Assembly: GCA_022563395.1 (NCBI GenBank) | Contig: JADFNM010000001.1 | Span: forward strand, 19,891 to 83,890 | Reading direction: 5' to 3' | Source: Patescibacteria group bacterium | GTDB taxonomy: Bacteria > Patescibacteriota > Minisyncoccia > Minisyncoccales > UBA10102 | DNA: 64,000 nt | Shown: in pieces, positions 57,394 through 64,000 of the stretch | Layout of the letters: each line of letters begins with the position of its first letter | Numbering within the stretch: the first letter of the stretch is position 1 | The notes under the pieces: generated by a model | What the model saw: the letters and a program-made list of their open reading frames with translations, nothing else | Told to the model about the DNA's origin: nothing | Databases searched by the model: none | Program-made: the position numbers and the translations under genes

Positions 57394-58206
57394 ATGGAAC
57401 CCATCAGTCTCACCTTTATCCTCGCAGCCTTTGTTGCCGGCATCATTACTTTTTTAGCGCCCTGCACGTTACCTTTGGTGCCAGGGTATTTGAGCTTTAT
57501 TAGCGGCTCTTCGGTTGCCGATTTACAAGACCCGACAAAGGCAAAAAAAGCACGGCTCAAGATTTTTCTGAACGGGGTCTTTTATGTGATAGGATTTAGT
57601 GCGGTGTTTATTCTGCTGGGAAGTTTGTTTGGTCTTGGGGGAGCAGTATTTTTCCAGTATCGTTCTCTCATAACCAGGATAGGGGGCGTGCTCATTATTT
57701 TCTTTGGGCTATTTCTCTTGGCTCCTGCAATTACCAGCTTGAGCAAAGGGAAAATCAATCTTCTTCATTTTCCGCTATTCCGTTTTCTGGTTCCAGAGCG
57801 CCAGATGCGGGTACTGGGAAAACTTAAACCAGGAACCCCATTCAGTTCTCTTATGTTTGGAGGTACGTTTGCGGTTGGGTGGACTCCTTGTGTTGGGCCG
57901 ATTTTAGGGGCAATTCTAACGTTTGCTGCCTCTTCTGCCACGGTGGCGAAGGGCGCTTTTCTCCTGTTTGTGTTCTCTTTGGGACTGGCAGTGCCTTTTT
58001 TGCTTACCGCCCTTGCCATTGGTTGGGCTTCAAAGCATTTCGCCAAGCTGGGCAGATATCTCAACTGGGTAGCTATTGTGGGAGGAGTCTTTCTTATTAT
58101 CCTTGGAATCTTTATGGTAACCGACAGTTTTGTCATTTGGATTGCATATGTGTATAATGCGCTGCAGTTTCTGAATTATGAAGAGCAGTTATTAGATCTC
58201 TTGTAA
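57394..58206 (+). CDS. ccdA: cytochrome c biogenesis-type thiol-disulfide transporter CcdA
   Basis: LAPCTLPLVPGYL and WTPCVGPILGAIL motifs. Confidence 0.88.
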   Translation: MEPISLTFILAAFVAGIITFLAPCTLPLVPGYLSFISGSSVADLQDPTKAKKARLKIFLNGVFYVIGFSAVFILLGSLFGLGGAVFFQYRSLITRIGGVLIIFFGLFLLAPAITSLSKGKINLLHFPLFRFLVPERQMRVLGKLKPGTPFSSLMFGGTFAVGWTPCVGPILGAILTFAASSATVAKGAFLLFVFSLGLAVPFLLTALAIGWASKHFAKLGRYLNWVAIVGGVFLIILGIFMVTDSFVIWIAYVYNALQFLNYEEQLLDLL

Positions 58207-58209
58207 TAT

Positions 58210-59361
58210 ATGCAGCAAAAGCACGCTTCCTCGCATGGCGAGTACGATCAATGGGGGCCAGAAATTGTGCTCAAGGTCTATGACCCAGCCCTTCACATGA
58301 CTGGGTTTTTGGTGGTTGACAATACCGTGTTGGGTCCAGGAAAGGGAGGCATTCGAATGACCCCCAATGTGACAGAAGAGGAAATCAGGAGGCTGGCCCG
58401 GGCCATGACCTTTAAGAACTCCTTGGCAGAGTTGCCTTTTGGTGGTGCAAAAGGAGGAATTGTGTGGCCAGGAGGTTCAGATAAGCTAAAAAAGCAGTAC
58501 GTACAGTCGTTTGCAAGAGCAATTTCATTGCTGACTCCAAAAAAGTACGTTGCAGGACCCGACGTGAATACCGGAGATCAAGAAATGCAGTGGTTTGTGG
58601 AGGCAACAGGAAATTGGAGAAGTGCCACGGGCAAACCGGCATCTCTTTGCATGCTGGTATTTGGGGAAGGGGGATCGGTAGAACAATGTGGCATTCCCCA
58701 TGAATTTGGCAGCACTGGGTTCGGGGTAGCTCACTCTGCCAAGATTGCTTCTGAGTTTTTGGGATTGGATATTCGCGGCCTCAAGGTTGCAATTCATGGC
58801 TTTGGAAACGTGGGAAGCTTTACCTATAGTGTGTTAACTGATATGGGTGCAAAGGTTGTTGCCATAGCCGACGCAAGGGGTGCGGTGCATGTTGAGAGTG
58901 GATTCAAAAAAACCCAGATGAGACCCTTAATACAGCACAAAGCTTCTATTATGGAGTACAAAGGAGGGGAAAAGATTTCCTCAGAGGAGTTCTGGGGCTT
59001 GCCAGTAGACATCCTGATTCCAGCTTCCGTGACCGACGTCATTCACAAGGGCAACAAAGATCAGATTAAAGCAAAGATCATTGTGGAGGGAGCCAACATT
59101 CCCATGCGAGAAAATGTTGAAGAAGAACTGCACAAAAGAGGTATTCTTATTGTCCCTGATATTGTCGCAAACGCAGGTGGAGTTATCAGCTCATATGCTG
59201 AGTTTCGCGGATACAACCCAAAGCGCATGTTTGATACCGTGGAGCGAAAGATAAAGGAAAGTACAAGAAAGGTACTTCAAAAGAGTTTGAGGACCAAAGA
59301 GAATCCGAGAACGGTTGCGCTTAAGCTGGCAGCAGCCAGAATTGATGAGGCGCAAAGATAA
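58210..59361 (+). CDS. gdh: Glu/Leu/Phe/Val dehydrogenase family (glutamate dehydrogenase-like)
   Basis: LPFGGAKGGI catalytic Lys motif and GFGNVG NAD(P) motif. Confidence 0.88.
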   Translation: MQQKHASSHGEYDQWGPEIVLKVYDPALHMTGFLVVDNTVLGPGKGGIRMTPNVTEEEIRRLARAMTFKNSLAELPFGGAKGGIVWPGGSDKLKKQYVQSFARAISLLTPKKYVAGPDVNTGDQEMQWFVEATGNWRSATGKPASLCMLVFGEGGSVEQCGIPHEFGSTGFGVAHSAKIASEFLGLDIRGLKVAIHGFGNVGSFTYSVLTDMGAKVVAIADARGAVHVESGFKKTQMRPLIQHKASIMEYKGGEKISSEEFWGLPVDILIPASVTDVIHKGNKDQIKAKIIVEGANIPMRENVEEELHKRGILIVPDIVANAGGVISSYAEFRGYNPKRMFDTVERKIKESTRKVLQKSLRTKENPRTVALKLAAARIDEAQR

Positions 59362-59376
59362 TACTACAATAGACGA

Positions 59377-60792
59377 ATGAATAATAAAGAAACTCTCCCC
59401 ACCATATTTGTTATCTTGGGCGCAACCGGAGATTTGATGCGCAGGAAACTCATCCCGGCGCTCTTTCATCTATACAAGGAAGGAAATCTTCCCAAGCTTT
59501 TTCAGGTGGTCGGTTTTTCCAAGGACAGCTTAGATAAGGAAAGATTCCAGCAGATGGTGGCAGAGATGACGAAAGCTAAGGTTGCGGCAGCCGCAGAAGA
59601 GATAGCTTCTTTTTCCAAATTCTTTGTATACCAGCAAGGAACCTTTGGGGAAAGAGAAGGATACAAGAAGTTAGCTGAGTTTCTTGGAATGAGAGACCAA
59701 GAGTGGCAGGTCTGCTCCAACAAACTCTTTTACCTGGCGGTCCCCCCAGAACACTACAAAACTATTTTCCAAAACCTTCATGCAACTGGACTTACGAAAC
59801 CCTGCAGTCCAGAGGAGGGATGGACTCGTGTTATCGTTGAAAAACCCTTTGGCAAAGACTTAAAAACAGCACAAGAGTTAGACCGCATGCTGGGAAAGTT
59901 GTTTAAAGAAGAACAGATTTACCGCATGGACCATTACCTGGGAAAGGAAACCGTGCAGAACATCTTGGCGTTTCGTTTCTCCAATTCCTTCTTGGAGCCC
60001 GCCTGGAACAAGGATTGGGTGGAAAGCGTTTCCATACGGCTTCTGGAAAAAGAAGGAATCGGAGAGCGAGGCATCTTCTATGATGGTATGGGCGCATTGC
60101 GCGATGTTGGCCAAAACCACATGCTTCAGCTTCTGGCGCTTTTTCTCATGGAGAGCCCGGCATCCTTTCAAGCGGACGCTGTTCGGCATGCACGCTCGCA
60201 AGTATTCAAGGCGCTGCAAGTTCCTATGGGGAAAGCGCTGCTGGAAACGACGATACGGGGACAGTACAAAGGATATGCGCAAGAAAAAAACGTTGCAAAA
60301 GATTCAAAGACCGAGACCTACTTTCGCATTGTGACGTCTTTGAGCAATGCTCGATGGAAAGGCGTGCCCATTATCTTAGAAAGCGGCAAAGCAATGGAAA
60401 AAGACCTGGTGGAAGTGCAAGTAGTGTTCCGGCATCCGGGCTTCTGTCTATGTCCCGACAAGAACGAGCATTACAAGAATGTGCTGCATTACACGATACA
60501 GCCAGACGAGGGGGTGCGTCTGAAGTTCTGGGTGAAAAAACCTGGAACAAAGATGCAGATTGAAGAAAAGGACTTCGTGTTTGATTACAAAGAGGCCTTT
60601 GAGGGAGAAGAATTCCAAGATGCATATGAGCGGTTGCTCTTGAGTGTTATTGAGGGAGATCAGACCCTGTTTGTGAGTACCGAGGAGATTATGGCAAGCT
60701 GGAAGTTTGTCGATTCTATCTTGCGAGGTTGGGAGAAAGCAAACGCCCCTCTGGTAATGTATCCTCAAGGAGCTTTTGTTATAGAAACTTAG
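59377..60792 (+). CDS. zwf: glucose-6-phosphate dehydrogenase
   Basis: GATGDLMRRKL, EKPFGKDL and RMDHYLGKE motifs. Confidence 0.95.
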   Translation: MNNKETLPTIFVILGATGDLMRRKLIPALFHLYKEGNLPKLFQVVGFSKDSLDKERFQQMVAEMTKAKVAAAAEEIASFSKFFVYQQGTFGEREGYKKLAEFLGMRDQEWQVCSNKLFYLAVPPEHYKTIFQNLHATGLTKPCSPEEGWTRVIVEKPFGKDLKTAQELDRMLGKLFKEEQIYRMDHYLGKETVQNILAFRFSNSFLEPAWNKDWVESVSIRLLEKEGIGERGIFYDGMGALRDVGQNHMLQLLALFLMESPASFQADAVRHARSQVFKALQVPMGKALLETTIRGQYKGYAQEKNVAKDSKTETYFRIVTSLSNARWKGVPIILESGKAMEKDLVEVQVVFRHPGFCLCPDKNEHYKNVLHYTIQPDEGVRLKFWVKKPGTKMQIEEKDFVFDYKEAFEGEEFQDAYERLLLSVIEGDQTLFVSTEEIMASWKFVDSILRGWEKANAPLVMYPQGAFVIET

Positions 60793-60813
60793 TTAAACTA
60801 AGTTTACAAAAGT

Positions 60814-61719
60814 ATGAAAAAAGAAATCGGATTTATAGGGTTAGGTAAGATGGGTATGGCAATGGTGCAAAGGCTTTTGAGAAAGAGATGGCGTGTTGTG
60901 GTGTATGATATTAATGGAAGAGTACTGAGAGTTGCAGTAAGAAAAGGCGCTGTGGCAGCTTCAAGCCCAAAGGAGTTAGCGCAAAAGCTCTCTATGCCGA
61001 GAACCGTGTTCTTGATGGTTCCGGCAGGTAGGCCCGTGGACAAGGCTTTGTTTGGAAAGCAAGGATTAATAGGCGCTCTCAAAAGAGGGGATGTGGTGAT
61101 TGACGGAGGCAATTCTTTCTTTAAGGATTCTGTGAGAAGAGCTGCTCGATTGAAAAAGAAGGGGATTCACTACTTGGACACAGGGATTTCAGGGGGACCT
61201 GTATCAGTTAAACAGGGAAAGTTTGCCATTATGGCAGGTGGGGAAAAGAGGGTATATGAAAAGACCAAACCCTTGTTTCGCGCTCTTTCAGATACCGCCT
61301 CTGGTTACATGGGGAAATCCGGAGCAGGCCACTTTGCCAAGATGGTGCACAACGGCATTGAATACGGCATGATGCAGGCTCTGGCCGAGGGGTTTTTTGT
61401 ATTGAAGAAATCTCCTTTCCGTTTTCGCTTAGAAGAAGTCGCTAACATATACAGCCAAAACAGCATCATTACTTCAAGATTGGTGAGCTGGTTGAAAGAG
61501 GGGTTCGAAGAATACGGGGAAGATTTAAAAAAGGCTTCCGGCAGTGTAGCCCATACTGGTGAGGGGGAGTGGACCGTGAAAACCGCAAAAGAGTTGAGGG
61601 TTTCAGTCCCCATTATTAAGGGAGCTTTTGATTTCAGGGTACGCTCTGCAAAGAATCCAAGCTTCACAGGAAAGATTCTTTCTACGTTGAGAGCGGTATT
61701 TGGTGGACACAAAATATGA
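60814..61719 (+). CDS. gnd: 6-phosphogluconate dehydrogenase, short (about 300 aa) decarboxylating form
   Basis: IGFIGLGKMGMAM, DGGNS and GAGHFAKMVHNGIEYG. Confidence 0.88.
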   Translation: MKKEIGFIGLGKMGMAMVQRLLRKRWRVVVYDINGRVLRVAVRKGAVAASSPKELAQKLSMPRTVFLMVPAGRPVDKALFGKQGLIGALKRGDVVIDGGNSFFKDSVRRAARLKKKGIHYLDTGISGGPVSVKQGKFAIMAGGEKRVYEKTKPLFRALSDTASGYMGKSGAGHFAKMVHNGIEYGMMQALAEGFFVLKKSPFRFRLEEVANIYSQNSIITSRLVSWLKEGFEEYGEDLKKASGSVAHTGEGEWTVKTAKELRVSVPIIKGAFDFRVRSAKNPSFTGKILSTLRAVFGGHKI

Positions 61720-62426
61720 TGGAGATTACGCGCACAAAGAATAAGGAAGAAGCTATAAAAAAAGCCTCATCGCGCTTGAACCAAATTTTGGACGCACATT
61801 CTCACGTGCCCACACTGTTTTTATCTTCTGGCGGTTCTTCCTCGGGACTATTAGAACGCATTGTCATTTTCCCGCCAAACTTTATAGTCGGAATGACTGA
61901 CGAGCGGTTCTCAGAGGACCCCAAGGTGAATAACTTTGCCCAGTTGGCTGAAACTGGGTTTTTTGAGAAGGCCCAGGATCGTGGAGCATATTTTATTGAT
62001 ACAAGAGTGCAGCGGGGAGAAGACCTGGAGGTTTTTGCTAAGCGTTTTGAAGCAGCACTCACGAATTGGAAAGAAGAACACCCTGGAGGAAGAATTGTCA
62101 TTACCCAGGGTGTGGGGGCTGACGGACATACTGCAGGCATCATGCCCTATCCCAAAGAGAAGAGCAGATTCCAGGAACTTTTTGAGGGTGATGCCTTGGT
62201 GCGGGGGTATGACGCACAAAAGAAGAACGAGTATCCTTTAAGAGCAACAATAACACTGCCTTTTTTGCGTATGGTAGACCATTCAGTACTGTACATGGTG
62301 GGCAAAGAGAAGAAAGAAGCACTCAAACGAGCGCTCAAGGTCGAAGGAACATTGTGGGAAACGCCAGCTCGCATTATTCATGAAATGAAAGAGGTTCATA
62401 TATTCACCGATATTCAAATTTCCTAA
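61716..62426 (+). CDS. pgl: 6-phosphogluconolactonase
   Basis: LSSGGSS and GVGADGHTAGIMP motifs. Overlaps the gnd stop. Confidence 0.8.
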   Translation: MMEITRTKNKEEAIKKASSRLNQILDAHSHVPTLFLSSGGSSSGLLERIVIFPPNFIVGMTDERFSEDPKVNNFAQLAETGFFEKAQDRGAYFIDTRVQRGEDLEVFAKRFEAALTNWKEEHPGGRIVITQGVGADGHTAGIMPYPKEKSRFQELFEGDALVRGYDAQKKNEYPLRATITLPFLRMVDHSVLYMVGKEKKEALKRALKVEGTLWETPARIIHEMKEVHIFTDIQIS

Positions 62427-62449
62427 ATTTCATTTAAGACACATTGATT

Positions 62450-63262
62450 ATGTATTTATTGTTCGACATTGGAGGAACAAAGTGTCGCTACGCGCTTTCA
62501 CGTGATGGTGAAACGATCGAGAAGTCCGTGGTTATCCCAACGCCCCCTTCGTATGAAGAGATACTTTTAAAGTTTAAAGAGATACAAGAGAGCCTGCCGC
62601 CTGGAGAACTGCAATCGATCGCAGCGGGATTGGCGGGTCCCCTGGATTCAGCGCGGAGCATGCTGGTGAACTCTCCGCATACGCCAGCCCTCATAGGAAA
62701 GCCGTTTAAACGAGACGTCGAGAATATATTCAAAGTTCCGGTCTCGCTTGAGAATGATGCTGTGGCGGCCGGTGTGGGGGAGGCTGTTCAAGGAGCAGGG
62801 AAGGGGAAATCTATTGTTGTGTATATGACCGTGAGTACGGGAGTTGGAGGAGCACGAATCATAGATGGAAGGGTTGATCGCAGTGCCATGGGTTTTGAGC
62901 CCGGGCACCAGATTATTGACCAGGGAAAAAGCCTAGAGCTAGAGCAGTTGGTTTCTGGGAGTGGAGTTGCAGCCCGCTACGGCAAAGACCCCAGAAAGAT
63001 TGCAGACAAAACGATATGGGATGAGCTGGCGCGGCTGCTTGCGGTCGGGTTGAACAACACGATTCTTCATTGGTCCCCGGATATCGTTGTGCTTGGCGGC
63101 TCCATGATTCTCGGAGACCCTGCGATTTCTTTGGACATGACAAGGAAGTATCTGAAGGATATTCTAACCATATTCCCAGAACTTCCTCCTGTTGTGAAGG
63201 CAGAGCTTGGAGATGCGGCAGGGTTATATGGAGCCTTAGAACTGGCAAAGCAGCATGTATAA
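62450..63262 (+). CDS. glk: ROK-family glucokinase
   Basis: LFDIGGTKCR, LENDAVAAGVGE and VSTGVGGARI. An alternative TTG start is at 62444. Confidence 0.8.
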   Translation: MYLLFDIGGTKCRYALSRDGETIEKSVVIPTPPSYEEILLKFKEIQESLPPGELQSIAAGLAGPLDSARSMLVNSPHTPALIGKPFKRDVENIFKVPVSLENDAVAAGVGEAVQGAGKGKSIVVYMTVSTGVGGARIIDGRVDRSAMGFEPGHQIIDQGKSLELEQLVSGSGVAARYGKDPRKIADKTIWDELARLLAVGLNNTILHWSPDIVVLGGSMILGDPAISLDMTRKYLKDILTIFPELPPVVKAELGDAAGLYGALELAKQHV

Positions 63263-64000
63263 ACCCATTCGTGACTACGCCATTATTGGGAACCTGAGAT
63301 CCGCAGCCCTGGTTTCAAAGGAAGGTTCGGTTGATTGGGCTCCGGCTCCCTACTTAAACTCACCCTCGGTGTTTGCTGCCTTGCTGGACGAGCAAAAAGG
63401 GGGAAGTTGGAGTATAGCTCCCACGGAATCCTATAAGGTAAAGCAAGAATACCTTGGTTTTACCAATATTCTTGTGACCCGCTTTACTACCGACAATGGG
63501 GTGGTGGAAGTTGTAGATTATATCCCAGCTCAAGCCGGAAAAGCCATGGAAGAGCGAGAAAAAGCAGAGGTTCATAGAAAGATTACATGCACAAAGGGAA
63601 CCTGTGAAGTTCAGGTTATCTTTGCTCCACGCTTTGACTATGCCAGAGGAGAAACCACACTTTCTTTCACTGAGCATGGCCTTGGAGTAGACCATGAAGG
63701 CACAAGAAAGGGAGAGCTGATTTCTCCTGGCGAGTATGCAATTTACGGCAACGTTGCAACCGGCACCCTTGCTTTAAAAGAAGGAGAGTCAGCATATCTT
63801 GCTTTTCACTACCATGAGACAACAAAGGAAGACTGGGCAGATGAGCATTACGAAGAGGAGCTTAAAGAAACCAAAAAATTCTGGGAGGATTGGGTCCATC
63901 GCTGCGATATTAAAAGCTGCCCGCTTTCGGGTCCCTGGCATGATTTGGTGGTGAGGTCTTCTCTGGTCTTAAAGATTCTCTTTTTTGAACCGCCTGGCTC
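63255..64000 (+). CDS. glycoside hydrolase family 15 (glucoamylase/trehalase-like), N-terminal part; continues beyond the window
   Basis: Frame-3 ORF open to the window end. MYKPIRDYAIIGNLRSAALVSKEGSVDWAPAPYLNSPSVFAALLD is the typical GH15 N-terminus. Confidence 0.85.
   Translation, partial: MYKPIRDYAIIGNLRSAALVSKEGSVDWAPAPYLNSPSVFAALLDEQKGGSWSIAPTESYKVKQEYLGFTNILVTRFTTDNGVVEVVDYIPAQAGKAMEEREKAEVHRKITCTKGTCEVQVIFAPRFDYARGETTLSFTEHGLGVDHEGTRKGELISPGEYAIYGNVATGTLALKEGESAYLAFHYHETTKEDWADEHYEEELKETKKFWEDWVHRCDIKSCPLSGPWHDLVVRSSLVLKILFFEPPG

Overview
A gene-dense fragment, coded almost entirely on the plus strand, that looks like a small Candidate Phyla Radiation (Patescibacteria)-type genome. 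Supporting signs are a divergent 16S, short EF-Ts, short ATP synthase delta and epsilon, split transketolase, archaeal-type PGI/PMI and UMP kinase, and DUF5671/DUF5652/DUF5667-like proteins. The standard genetic code applies, since TGA, TAA and TAG all terminate conserved genes.

Contents in order:
- fba (partial), rplY, a coiled-coil lytic transglycosylase, and prfA-rpmE on the minus strand
- rpsB-tsf and tRNA-Thr
- A split rRNA locus: 16S, tRNA-Ile and tRNA-Ala, then six protein genes (including mscL and the Ni-SOD pair sodN/sodX), then 23S-5S behind its own consensus promoter
- A copA C-terminal remnant abutting 5S, then an HMA / DsbD-like / thioredoxin-like cluster
- csp, a ZIP transporter, and small zinc-ribbon genes
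- prmC, truB and an FAD oxidase
- A candidate cobalamin riboswitch in front of DUF4430 / prenyltransferase-like surface proteins
- A non-oxidative pentose phosphate block: rpiB, rpe, tkt-N, tkt-C, a PfkB kinase, a 2-hydroxyacid dehydrogenase and PGI/PMI
- Several envelope proteins, one carrying a Kazal-like domain
- nth, PCD, nagZ-like, yjbQ, two Cas4-like nucleases and pyrH
- A MacAB-like efflux set, ychF and atpBEFHAGDC
- A thiol-redox/metal cluster: FMN reductase, ArsR, glutaredoxin-like, DUF3179, TlpA-like, CcdA and two unlisted Cys-rich mini-ORFs
- gdh, then zwf-gnd-pgl-glk and a partial GH15 gene

The most unusual signals are non-coding:
1. A dispersed palindromic element sits on stop codons, and its loop is a perfect DnaA box.
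2. Related CTTAA/TTAAG palindromes recur, including a ~95-nt three-hairpin cassette present four to five times.
3. The 16S 3' end reads CAUCA where the anti-Shine-Dalgarno CCUCC should be. SD-poor start regions and several -10 boxes 5-8 nt from the ATG (leaderless geometry) fit this.

All coordinates of RNA ends, promoters and repeats were read by eye and are approximate to a few nucleotides.
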